From: Guillardia theta CCMP2712
Lineage: Eukaryota > Protista > Cryptophyta
DNA: 64,000 bases
Direction: 5' to 3'
Assembly (NCBI RefSeq): GCF_000315625.1
Contig: NW_005434638.1
Location: 123,692 to 187,691, forward strand
Each line of letters starts with the position of its first letter. The stretch's first letter is position 1. The notes beneath the pieces were generated by a model. The model was given only the letters and a program-made list of their open reading frames with translations, was not told where the DNA came from and did not search any database. Position numbers and translations under genes: made by a program. This document shows, in pieces, positions 52,001-63,854 of the stretch.

Positions 52001-52963
52001 CAGCAGATGGAAACCAGGATATTTGACAGGGTCCAAACTCTTCCAGTAGTTGTTCAGCTGTATGAACGAGTCTGTCGTGGTATCGATCGCGATGTTGAGG
52101 CCTATGTAGCCCGAAGGAAGGCTTGAAAGCGATGACGTCACTGCATCACACCCTATCCAAACAAACTCATCATACACTCCAGCATTCTTTGCTATCTCAA
52201 ACAAAGCTTGTGCCTGGTCAGCCTGGAGGAGAAGAAGCATCACGCGGGGAGCCGAGCAGTTGTTGCGGACTTGCATCAATGAGTTCTGTGTCCCTTGGAG
52301 ATCCCCGAACTCCCAGCTACTTGTATGCTCCACTTGAATATCTCTGTACTTATCTTGCTTGATCGTATCCAGAAAGACATCTTGAAGACCTTGGCAAAAT
52401 GCATCGCTGCAGGCGATGGCTTGGATGTGCTTCCACCCAAAGTAGAGGATGAGCTCGGCTAGATTCGGCCCTTGGACTGTGTCGGGGAAGGAGATTCGCC
52501 CGATATTTGGATATTCTTTCTTGTTAGACAATGCAGGACTAGATGCTGAATAGCTGAGAGCAAATATATCGTAAGATCGTAAGATTGGTTGGATCAGCAT
52601 GCAGTCGCTGCTTCGATATGGTCCAACGAATGCAACAGCAGAACCTGTCGAGTTGCGGTTGCTGAGTGCATGTTCAAGTATCAGCGAGTATACATCCTCC
52701 ATCAGTTTATGCATGTCAAACACTACACTGTTGTTCTGCATTGTTCTAAGCGCTGTCACATCTAGATAATCGACTTCAAGTTGAGTTCCAGAGAGCAGCT
52801 TGGGATCCTGATTGATCAATTCTAGAGAGATTTTCGAAGCGATGTAATGCGGGTATTCATAAGCGCTGCTCATTGCATACAGACCTCCCAAGCGGATCAC
52901 TGAGGGTCTTTGAAGTCCTGAAACGGTTGACAGCAAACAGAGCAGCAACCATAACGAGTGCAT
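49056..52963 (-). CDS. Receptor-type guanylyl cyclase: signal peptide, ANF-receptor (periplasmic-binding-protein fold) ectodomain, TM helix, protein kinase domain, class III cyclase
   Basis: MHSLWLLLCLLSTVSG; VAFVGPYRS, SYSASSPALSNKKEYP, YFGWKHI; TM ILLLLVIIIPVMLICAGVGYCYV; GQGTYG, VAVK, HGDLKSKN, DFG, WMAPE; FSDIVGFT, KIETIGDAY, RVGINSGPV, YTLFG|DTVNIASRMES, VKGKGPMVTYW. Confidence 0.93.
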
Positions 52964-53591
52964 CGTATCGGTGGTACTTCCAAAGAGTTGAGGCCCTTCG
53001 AGTTTGAGCAACTCTTCAGGTCAAGCCAAACAAGATATCGAAGATTGCCGTTCACTAGCAACCATCTCTCTCACTGCTGTCGACTGATAGTGCATTCGTG
53101 TCTCCTGCTCGAGCGCAGCCATCGGCTTCCTGCTGACGCTGACCCGAGTAACTACACCCCATCTTCGCACTAGGGCTACATCCCGCCACAAAGAAAAAAA
53201 GGAAAGGTGATCATTTCCTGCGGTGGGGCGGGCTTGCTCGACAGCATGGTCACTAATCGACTTGAGCTCAGACGAGAGCAGAAGCAGCTGGAGGCTCTTG
53301 AGTACTGCACGGCTGCAGAGCGCGGCCGAGCGACCGGTGATCATCAGCGCGACGGGAGCAGAGATGCGGCTGTGAGGGAGCAGGGTGTAGCTGTAGACTT
53401 GATGATGTACCATAGGAGGGGCGTTTATAGGACTGCGCTAAGCTGCTGGCTTTCACAACACGTGGTACCCTTGAGCGCACAGAGGACGATTGGGGCTGTC
53501 GGAGCCATGATGGAAGCAGGGGCATAGGGGATGAGGTAGGAGGTGAGGACACGGGAGGTGCGCGTGCGAGTCAAGGCTGATGAGCAGAAGA

Positions 53592-53694
53592 TGAAAACTG
53601 CAGAAGACCAAAACCTCAACAGGTGTTTAGCTTCGAGCTGAACACCTGGTAAACGCCTTACACCTGTTGAGGTTTTGGTCTTCTGCAGTTTTCA
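53592..53694. repeat. Perfect 35-bp inverted repeat with a nested short hairpin
   Basis: TGAAAACTGCAGAAGACCAAAACCTCAACAGGTGT (53592-53626) is the exact reverse complement of 53660-53694. Inner stem CAGGTGTTTAGCT-TCG-AGCTGAACACCTG at 53620-53648. Confidence 0.92.
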
Positions 53695-53700
53695 ACACCT

Positions 53701-53872
53701 GTTCAAGTTCATGGATCAGGTTTAATGATTAGTCGTTGAGGTTGTAATAAAAGAATATTCCGTCATGTGACATGTTTGCTGTAGCTCGTGTCGTCTCTTC
53801 ATAAGAATCCTCCCCAAAAACGACAAGAAGGGACTACAAAGCAGACGGCGGACCGCAACAACCCCAGCAGCA
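53701..53872 (+). repeat. 172-bp direct repeat, copy 2 (3' end and UTR of the minus-strand gene ending at 53799)
   Basis: Identical by eye to 47269-47440. Confidence 0.92.
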
Positions 53873-54324
53873 CTTGCATGGGGCTGCCCTGCATCTCTGC
53901 ACGCGCGTCCTCAAACTCTTTCGTTGCTCTCATGAGCCCCCGACTGCAGGGGGTGGTCAGGAAGAAAACAGCTAGAGGAGGATATACCTCCTCCACGAGC
54001 TCTTGAAGCTCCTCTTGACATCCCACGAAGCCTCAGCAGCTGCCAGTCCCTTCACAAACTTGCAGCTCGTCCCTCTCTGGCTCACCTTCTCTGAATCCGT
54101 CATATGATGAGAGCGGTTGAGACGTTCTTGTCGCTTCCTTTGGTCATCGTCAGCATCTCTTCATTGCAGTCTTGTGAGTTTGTCACCTCGGGCTCAGGCT
54201 GAGAGTAGAGACCATCTTTGAACTTTATCAAGTTCTCCTTTGCCTGGATGGTTTCGAAGTTGTCAAGAATGGAATGATAATCATCATCATCACCACCACC
54301 ACCACCACCACCACCACCACCACT

Positions 54325-54355
<31 letters not shown>

Positions 54356-55170
54356 GTATCATTATCATTATCATTATCATCATGGACGACATCAACAACA
54401 ACCACGACCTTCTTCGCAGCAGACACAGACTTGTCGGACTCTTGCGGTGCCCGCAGGATGTTTGCTAGGAACATTCGCTTCCTCTTGTCGTTCTTTTCCC
54501 CTCGTTTCATCACTTTAGCTCTGGGAGGCTCCGCTGCCCTCGGCTCCTCCCTTGCCTGCTCCCCCCGCTGACTTTCGGGAGACTTTTCAGGTCCTTCCTG
54601 TCCCGCTGCTTCCACTATCCCCAACCTTGACTCGTATACTTGGATCTTGGAGGCGAGTGACTGCAGGGCGCTCCTCATGGTCTCAAGCTCCTCCTCCTCC
54701 GGTGTCGGGGAGGAGGGAGAGGGAGAGGGAGAGGGAGAGGGAGAGGGAGAGGGAGAGGGAGAGGGAGAGGGAGAGGGAGAGGAGGCGGAGGGAAGGGAAG
54801 CGGAGGATGGGAAGGAGGAGGAGGATGGGAAGGAGGAGGAGGAGGAGGAGACGTTCCTCGGGCGCTGGTTCGACTCTTGCATCAGGACAGGGGAGGGCGC
54901 CTGCAAGGGAGGGTGTCAGGAAACAGATCGGAAAAGTCTGAGCTGGACCTGCAGCTCTCTGGCCGTCCCTTGGATCCCGTTGACGAGGCCGTTGACGAAG
55001 CCGCCGATGACGTTCCCTGGTAAAGGAAGACAAGAGCGAAACGGGTCAGCGAAAGGCTTCAAGGGCAGAGACTCTGCAGCGAACATCGGGGTTGAGCTTC
55101 TTCTCCACAACATCTCTCCTCTCATCACGATCTGCCTAGTCCAAGACGCAAGCAAGAGGGGCGAGTCTAA
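53799..55170 (-). CDS. Hypothetical low-complexity coiled-coil protein with (SP)n tract and hydrophobic tail (start approximate)
   Basis: ORF 54100-54906 contains ELETMRSALQSLASKIQVYESRL; flanking short exons; last exon ends ...VLLGLLRSAVCFVVPSCRFWGGFL*. Confidence 0.5.
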
Positions 55171-55276
55171 GGTGTCATGGCAATGTGAGACAACACAAGG
55201 GAGCAATCAGGTCAACTTGCAGTTCAAGACCTTTACTTGCTCATCACGCCAACTTCTGCTAGTCCTTGCAAGGTCT

Positions 55277-55787
55277 CTAACCTCTTGAAGGATCTTTTGG
55301 CTCCTCCTTCTTTCTTCCTCCCAGCCTCCAGTACGCCTGCAGCAGCCCCAGTCAGCGCCAACGAGCACAAGGCAAGTCAGTACCGCGAACGAGGAGCCGA
55401 GGACAGAGTGGCAAGTAGCTGTGAAGGGAAGGAGATGTCAGATCAGAGACAAGGAGGACGAGGACAAATTGACCTGAGATGGCACATGGGAGGGCCGTCA
55501 GAGGATCCGCAAAGTTGCGAGTTGCCAGCACCTGGAAAACAACATTGATGACTTTGCTGCCACGTCACCAAAGGATCTCACCACTCCCAACGCGCTGTTC
55601 TGCATTCCCGTCTCAATGGAAACTGTTCTTGAAATGGGTTCGGGATAGCTACCAAATATTGTCAACGACATTTCATCGTCCTCCTCTTCACAAGCACTAA
55701 CAATACCATCACCACCACCATATGATTGTCGTTGTCGTAATCAGCATCGATATCAACATTATCGTCATTGACATCAATAGCAGCAGG

Positions 55788-55832
<45 letters not shown>

Positions 55833-57229
55833 CGTTCATCGTCACAAGTTCTCACCCGAGGATTCTCGGAACAAAATATCCAAGAAGGAACCCTCCGAGG
55901 TGGAGGCCGATGACAGCTCCGAGAAGAGGGAGACCGGCTGAGATAAGGACTCATAACCAACGCAAGTCAGAGGACAAGAGCACCTGCGATGAAGGAGGAC
56001 GCTGTCTGAGCTATCACGCTGCCACATATGAGAGAGACCAGCACGACGCAGAGCCTGTGGGGTTCACACGTCAGAGACGAGCACGAGCACGAGCAGGTCA
56101 GGTGCTCACAGGGGGGTCACTCCCGACACCATCTTGCAAACTGCTGGAGCGAAGGTGTTGATGGCAAGCCCGAGCCCAACAGGAGCTAAGACGACCTGGT
56201 GCATGGTCAGGGGAGGAGCGGGAAAGGAGGAGAGGAAGGTAGGAGGATCGAAGAACAAAAGCAGCACAAGGAGAGCGGAGCACAGAGAAGAGAGCACAGT
56301 TGAGCAGAGAACATGAGCTGCCAGTGAGCTTCACCTGAAGGGTAGAGATGAGCAAGCCTGAGGCATCGACGGGCACCAAGGAGCCAGCGAGGATGGAGGT
56401 GAGGAGAGGCGTCATGATGGGAGCCGCCATGGTGGAGACAGTCGTCATGAGCACTGAAAGAGCGACATCTGCCTTGGCGATGAGAGTGACCAGGTTGCTC
56501 GCTGTGCCTCCCGGACATGCCGAGACCAGGATGAGCCCCACGGCGAAGGCAGGCGACAGGCCGAAGAGCTTCGCCATGGACCAGCCCAGGAAGGGCATGA
56601 TGGTGAACTGGCACATGAAGCCGAGGAACACTTGCCTCGGGCTCTGCATGACCCGCTGGAAGTCCTTCACATCGAGAGTCATCCCCATGAAGAGCATCGT
56701 CAATGCCTGTCAAGGTTTGTGAGGAGGAGGAGGAGGAGGAGGGGGCGCATAGTTACCAGACTCGCTGTGATGAGATCTCCCTTGAGCCATGCCAGGGCTG
56801 CAGGTCTGGTGACTCCCAGCACTCCTCCAGCTAGCACCCAGAGGGGGAACCTGCAAGCCCTTGTCATGTTGCCGAGCTCAAGAGCATGTCGAGAAGTTAC
56901 AAGTTTGTGAGGTAGGCTGCGAGACGTACTAGAGGGGCTCCCTGGGGGCCATCAGACGGCGCAAGAGCCTCTCCTCCTCCTGCCATGTTGACTAGGCTGT
57001 CTTTCCTACGCCTCCAGAAGAGGCGAGGACGAGGACATGCTCTGTTGTCCTCGAGAGCAGAGGCCTTGGGTTTCCTGTCGAGACAGCAGGGAGCAAAGGC
57101 AAGGGAAGAGGCAACGGCTGGAGCGGCAGAAGGAAGTTGAGGATGACTAGCGATCAGTGCCATGGAAGGAGCTGCTGCTCCTGCCATGGCGACCAGCATT
57201 ACTCTCCACCACATGCCGCCGCACGGCAT
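55277..57229 (-). CDS. Bile acid:sodium symporter (BASS) family transporter, probably plastid-targeted (BASS1/2 pyruvate-transporter-like)
   Basis: MLFMGMTL, GFMCQFTIMP, GLILVSACPGGTASNLVTLIAKADVALSV, VVLAPVGLG, RTVSIETGMQNSALGV, ALPCAISATCHSVLGS..AAYWR; leader contains SLA^FAP; stop TAG at 55277. Confidence 0.92.
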
Positions 57230-57476
57230 GAGACCAGGGGGCTCGGTAAAAGGCAGAAGTTAAAATCTATCTCGCCGAAGGTAGAAAGTCCTTGCTGCCC
57301 TCAGTTATATAATTTTGTATCTTTTGTTGAAACAGTGAACGGTAATAATTAGATGATATCTTTCCGAAGTTGATCGAGAAGGCGGGGTCGTCCTCCTTTG
57401 TTTGCTCCGGTTTGCCTTTCTTTTCCAGTCAATACACACTTGATCGATTATCATAATCTGGATATTTTTAGATTTC

Positions 57477-59038
57477 TCAGTGTGGGTAGAGTCTCAGGTT
57501 TTCTTCTGAGATCTTGAGCCTAGACGACAACTTCTCGTCCGCCCTCATGAACTCATGTAGAGGAGGAACATCGACTTGTAGCGGGTCAGTGATGTTGATC
57601 AGAAGCGACATCTCTTCCCAGTTGACGTTGACGTTGAAACCTTCGCTCATGAGACTCCACTCAAGGATCCTGCAAGGAGATCAAACAGAGAAAAATGCCT
57701 CACAAGATAGTCACGAACTTGAGAGCAACCTCGTCGTTCAAGACTTCAACGAAAGCTTCCATCCACTTCTCCTCAATAGATCGCTCAAATTTCGCATGGG
57801 ATCGGAAGAAGCGACCTGACAGAACAACTTTCTCGATCGCTCTGATGTACTGAGTCTTGTCGATCTTTCCTGCTGCCAGCAGGTTGTGAGCCTTGACAAG
57901 TAGCTTGTCAAACCACTCGGTATCAGTCCACGGCAGCCAGCTGACTGACATGTCATTAGCATCGTCTGTCACTTCAGACATTCGGCGAAGTAGTGGAAGT
58001 GAATCTGACCAGGCCTTCCAGTCCTCAGTCATAGCATTGAGAGTGTGCAGCATTCCTGAGTGTTTGCCGAGTGCCCAGACTGAGTTTGACGCTCCTGAAA
58101 GCTGAACTACTACATCAGAATCCGAGATGTTGGTCGTCATTGACGCCAAGATATGGGGGAATGAGAGCGAAGAGAAGAAGAAGCGTGGCGCAAGATTATA
58201 TTTTCTCCTTGGGTCTGAAGATGAAAAACAGGATTGACCACTTTGCCCATCAAAAACGCACCTTGAACCATAGAATAGTAGATAATTTTGGCTTGTATGG
58301 GGCATGCCTTGCCTTTCACGTGACCAATGATATGGTAGACCTAATGATGGGTACATTTCTGACAACCTGAAGTTCGGCACTGTGTTTGCCGAACGAAACA
58401 TCACTTTGTTGTCCCCAAGGCTTGAAGCATGTTTGAGACAATGATACACGAACTCGGTTGCCAGGTAGATTCTTGACTGCACCATCAAGCATCAAACCAG
58501 AACAATGAGCAAGATTGCTGCCATACCTGCCATGATTTTATGCTTCCCTCGACCAACGCTTGCCATGTCATCGAGGCCTTTTCTGCGATGAAACTTGCAA
58601 ACTTGACTGAGTCTGACTGTGATGCCGCAGTCTTGATCTCTTCTGTAACATTCCACACTTTGCGCGAGACTTTGATGGATGATGAAGTTCCCAGCTCCTG
58701 AGGTTCAGACATTCAGAGAGCACTGGCCATGTTGAACACTAGGTAGCTCAAACATGCAGACTTGCCTTCTTAATTGAGGCAGCACGCTGATAGTCTTCAG
58801 CCGACAAAGCTTCCTGCAGCTCCTTCTTGAGAACTTCATCAGCCTCGTGATCTGGTAGGAAGATCTCTCCGATCTCAGCTGCGACTGCATGCGCGTATCC
58901 GCCATGAAGGTTCGGAACTGCGGCTCGAAGCCAAGTGTTATCTATGGCTAACTTTTGCTCGGCTCCCTGGGTTCCTTGGAGCCTTGCAATGCACATGTAT
59001 GCGACTAGAATGACAAGACTTGATGTGTGAAATCCCAT
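57477..59038 (-). CDS. Hypothetical signal-peptide protein with a UVR (UvrB/C) motif
   Basis: MGFHTSSLVILVAYMCIARLQG leader; LKKELQEALSAEDYQRAASIKK; consecutive minus-strand ORFs separated by ~50-nt gaps. Confidence 0.55.
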
Positions 59039-59817
59039 TGAAACGAACTGATGTCAAAGAGAAACAAGTCAGCTGATTCAGAGAAAGCAGTCAGCTAATT
59101 CAAGTTGATCGTCAAAACAACTGATCCTGACACTGTGATCTTCATCATCACCCATCTTCCTCCTCCTCCTCCTCCTCCTCCTCCTCCTCCTCCTCCAACC
59201 ATCATAGTCACGGTATCGCACCTTGTCTTGTACCTCCCAACTGCCGTCTCTTGACCAGCTGCAATTTGTGGGCCCCTCTATCAGCCCGCCTCAGATTCCA
59301 TATTCAAGCCCGCCTCATCTCCATCAGCGTCCGCTGTATTATGGCGCTCTATCCCTGGCTCTGTCACCCTCCCTGCCCTCCCTCCCCTCCCTCCGCTCCC
59401 TCCTCTCCCTCCTCTCCCTCCTCCTCATCTTCCGTCTCCTTCTCCCTATCCCTGTGTTTTCTTCCCCTTTCCTCCCTATCCTTTTTCCTCGCGTTGCTCT
59501 CCACATTCAAGCCTTCCTCCACTTTGAACTTAAATATCCTCCGTTATGAATCCTTTTCACTCCTTCCTCCCTTCTCTAACTGCAGCTACATCTGCTTGCC
59601 TGCCTGCCTTTGTTTCTTGTTTCTGACGTCAAGAGTAGGGAATGCTCTCCTTTGGCATCTTCGGACAGCTGAAGGAGCTATGTGGTCGGGTATGATTTCA
59701 ACTTCTTCTCTGTTTTCCCGCTCACAGAGCTGGCAGCTTCCCTCATACATACAGAGTGATCGTGTGACTGAGGTACGTTCATCGGTACCAGCATAATTTC
59801 TCTGAAAGGTTGACCAG

Positions 59818-62051
59818 ATGATTCCGTTCGCCATGGCTGGATGGTTGGCGTATAAGTACTTCAACCACAAGCGCGTTCACCTGGAAAACTCGCTCGTGCT
59901 CGTCACTGGGGCATCAGCAGGGATAGGACGGGAGCTTGCGCTGCTGCTGACCTCGAGGGGAGCAGATGTCATCCTGGTAACGAGGAGGGAGGAGGTCTTA
60001 GGTGACCCCTGGTCTAAAGGGATGCAACAGGTTGCGAGGACGGCCTCGGCGTTGGAGGAGGTGGCTGAGACGATCAACGGCAGGGGATGGGGAGGGAGAG
60101 CATATCCCTACGCGTGCGACTGCTCGAACGAAGTTGAGGTGGATAGCATGATGAAGAAGATTAGAGATATTGCCGAGGGCCTCGGACCTGACATCTTGGT
60201 CAACTGCGCTGGACAAGGGCGATGGGACTTCTTGGATCAACTCACAGACAGTGAAATCAAATCCGCCATTGACGCTCCCGTCATGGCGGCGGCGCTTCTG
60301 AGCCGAGCAGTGATCACAGACATGATGCGCAAGGGTGGAGGAATCATCATGAATGTGCAGAGTCCCGCTTGCTCCACCTCCTGGGCAGGGGCGACAGCAT
60401 ACATCTCGGCACGATGGGCGCTGCGAGGCCTGACGACGGCTCTGCGAGCTGATTTGCAGAAGAGCAACGTGCTGGTGCAGGAGATTATCCTGCCTGGAGT
60501 GGCTTCGGACTACTGGAAGCACAACCCCGGGAGCAAGGAGAAGATACCATGGCTCTCGCGCTACCTGGGGATCCCGCATGACGTCTCGACCTTGCAAGCT
60601 GCTGCCTGGATCGTGCAGTCGCTGGAGTCGAGATCGTCCAACAGCGTGTACGGTGAGAACAGGAGATCCTCTCCTCCCGCTGGTCGCTGACATGCTCCTG
60701 CTCCTGCTGCAGGAGGGTTGCTCCCTCACATTTCCCTGTTCAACGATTGCTTCCCCTCCCTCGTCCGGGCGCTGATGCACATTACTACCGTGAGACCTCT
60801 CCTTGCTTCGCCTCCTCCTCCTCCTCCTCCTCCTCCTCCTCCTCCTCCTCCTCCTCCTCCTCCTCCTCCTCCTGATCATCTTTTCAACTCCTTCAGACTC
60901 CCTACGTCTCCATCGGCAGCGGCGATGCCCACGGTTCTAGTTGGACCGAGTGTTGTCCCTTGTTGATCCTTACAGCAGGTAACAAAGCTGCGACCAAACT
61001 CGGGAGCGCAGGAGGTGCAGGAGCAGGAGCAGCAGGAGCATCGGCAGGCCCGAGCACGGGAAGGGAGCGAGCAGCAATCCTTTCACCTTCCAAGAGCTCT
61101 GTACCTCTTCCTGCTGGAAGCGCTGACACCACAAAGAGTGCTCCTCCTACCGCACAGCCTCAATCTTCAGCAGGAGCCACTCGGTCCAAGGTCGCAAGCT
61201 CGACCAGTGAGAAGGGGAAGGAGGAGAATTCAGCGACAGAAGGAAAAGCATCCGTGCGGCAGAATCTTTCAGCCATGTACTGGGCTAAGAACCAAGGGTC
61301 GTCAGATCCTTCTCCTGATGCGCAGAGGATGAAAGAGAAGAAGGAGAAGGTCAAGGTGCGTGAAGATCATGGTCTTGCTAAATGTCATGTGACTGTGCTG
61401 GTGAAGGTCGAGGAGAGCAGTAGAAGCAGCGTGAGCGGGAGGGACCCAGCGGATGAACTGGAGGATCTCGCAAAGAAGATCTCGGATGGGAAGGAATTCA
61501 TCCGGAAACTGGAGGACAGACTCAAGGCTGCAGAGGAGGAGGACGAGGAGGAGGACGAGGCCAACTCCAGCCGTCGCTCCTCTGTGTCTGTGGCGAAAGC
61601 GCTGGAAGCGGCGCAGCAGAAGCAGCAGACCCTGCAGCAGCGCTACGAGAATCTGATCGCAGTACAGAAGATTCGGAGCAGGGCCTCCATGGACTTTTCG
61701 AGCCGCAGGTCGGAAGTAGGAGGAAGAACAGCATCGTCGGGGGGGAAGCCGCCTGGAGGGATCGGCGTCGGGATCAGTCAGGAGCACAACGGCATCCAGA
61801 TCCTCCTTATGGCCCCCGAAGGAGCCGCCGCCATGTCGGAGCAGCTGAACCGCGGGGATGTGATCCTGGCCATCAACGATGTCTCGGTGAGGAACAAGGC
61901 AGCTGAGGAGGTGCTGGAGATGTTGAGCGGTGAGGAGGAGACGTTTGTCACCCTGCGAGTGAAGGCAAGTGGGCTGAGGTCTGCAGTGAGAGAAGTGAAG
62001 CTGAGGAGAGGAGCAAGTCTCGACCACCTTGCCTCCCAGGTGCTCACTTGA
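59818..62051 (+). CDS. Short-chain dehydrogenase/reductase apparently fused to a coiled-coil and a C-terminal PDZ domain
   Basis: VLVTGASAGIG, CDCS, LVNCAG, NVQS, AYISAR. Phase-compatible GT-AG introns link to ORF 60960-62051, which has PDZ motifs GGIGVGI...MAPEGAAAMSEQLNRGDVILAINDVSV. Confidence 0.7.
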
Positions 62052-62244
62052 GCAGGAATCTGCCACAAGCTCCTCCTGCTCCTCCTACCCCCCCTGCTCC
62101 TCCCTGGCTTCTCGTTCTTTTGCCCGATGGATCTGCGGCCGGCAATGCTGCTGCTCATGTAAATAATCTTGTGATTTCTTGACATTTTGCTCCATCGTGG
62201 TTGTCAATGAACATATTTACATCCTCTCGCCTCCTCCTCCTCGT

Positions 62245-62732
62245 TCAGTGAGCATCCGACGGTTTGATGCGGTAGAGCTGCGTCGTGAGCATAGAGATGT
62301 GCCGCATGATCCAGCGCAAGCTCAAGTTCCCGTTTGCCAAGTTCTGCGAGAATGTTAGAGAGGGAGAGAAGTAGAGGAGGAGGACGAGAGTAGAAGAGGG
62401 AAACAAGGAGAGTCAGGAGAGCAGAAGAGGCAGCTGAGGAGGAGAAGGATGTGGAAAACTAGGCACACGAAGGCAGTGTAAAGGTCAAGAGGGGAAGAGG
62501 GAGAAGCAGCAGGGGAGAGAAAGGATACGCGGGTCTGGAGCATGCGGTGGATTATGTCGGGGATCGGTTTGAACTGCATGATCTCATTCTCAATCTCCAG
62601 CGCCTGAAAGTTCGTCAGTCCCTCCCCTTCCTCATCTCATGTTCCTTCATCCATCTTGCTCCTCCTCGCTTTCTCCCTTCAACCCCACCACCCATCCTCG
62701 TCCTCGTCCTCGTCCTCATACTCGTCCTCATA

Positions 62733-62765
<33 letters not shown>

Positions 62766-62778
62766 ATACTCGTCCTCA

Positions 62779-62831
<53 letters not shown>

Positions 62832-63640
62832 CCTCGCTCTAACCTTCTTGAGCAGCCTCCTCGAGTGATACTCCAGCCACATGAGGGTCGAATGTGACGC
62901 CTGCATGAGGGTCGTCGGCTTTCCCAGCACGTCGATCTTCTGCCCCACGAAGAGATCCCAACACTGAAGCTGCTCACCGTCCCGTCCTAAGAAAACGATA
63001 AGCAGGAGAGAAACATGGTGAGGACACGAGGCAGAAAGAGGAGAGGAGGAGAGGGGAGGAGAGAAAGAAAGGAGAGAGAAGGGAAGGAGAGGGAGGGGGA
63101 CAGGACAAGAGAGGAGGGGAGGGGAGGGAAGGGAAGAGGAGGGGAGGGGATGGAGTGGGATGGGGTGAGGGGAGAGGAACCTGCAATCTTCACGTCCCTC
63201 AGGGCGACGCTCTTGTTGAGAATGATCTGAAAATTCTTGGCTTCCATATCGTACCTGGGGGGGTGTCAGCTACTTTCATCTCCTCTCGCTCTCCTCCACC
63301 TCAGCTCGATGTACTTCTTCACGGCCTCCTCGAACCACCAGGAGAAGAAGACAAGCCGCTTCGGGGCTGAGAGAGAGTGAGCTCATGAACAGCTGGAGGG
63401 AGAAGTGAGCGGGAGGAGGGAGGCGGTTGGGAGGAGGGAAGTGAGCGGGAGGAGGGGGGTAGAGGGACAGACAGAGAGGGAGAGGAGGGGACCGGGAGGA
63501 GGAGGATGAGGACGGCGCTTGAAGGACTCCGGGGCTTTGCTATCGACGCGGTGGGAGTCGATTTGGAAAGTAGTGAATTTTTGCTTCACGTCCTCGAAGC
63601 TCTTGCGATCTTCAGCAATCTCGCGAACAAACTGGGAGGA
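62245..63640 (-). CDS. DM10-like domain protein, 3' part (5' end not resolved, possibly beyond the window)
   Basis: Exons RLVFFSWWFEEAVKKYIEL|RYDMEAKNFQI and LQCWDLFVGQKIDVLGKPTTLMQASHSTLMWL resemble the DM10 pattern of NME7/EFHC ciliary proteins; stop TGA at 62245. Confidence 0.5.
62696..62830. repeat. Intronic (CTCGTC)n microsatellite
   Basis: Directly visible hexamer array with CTCATA variants. Confidence 0.9.
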
Positions 63641-63854
63641 AACGCAAGTGAGCAAGTAAGAGCCTGGGAGGAAGAGGGAGGGAGAGGCAGACACAGGGGA
63701 GAGGAGGAGGGGGAGACATAGGAAGGGGAGGAGGGGGAGACATAGGAAGGGGAGGAAAGGAGAGGCAAGAGCGAGTCAGCAGGGAAGGTTGAATGATTGA
63801 AAGAAGAGAGAAGATAGACAAGAAGAAAACGCCATAGTTAGGATGTTGTGTAGT

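Noticed and set aside
53190-53590. ORFs upstream of the receptor cyclase
   Set aside because: Stops occur in all plausible frames and there are no motifs; left unassigned.
47269-53872. 172-bp repeats as LTRs of a retroelement or TRIM
   Set aside because: Copy 1 does not start with TG, no PBS/PPT or gag/pol was seen, and the repeat is the 3' end of a host gene.
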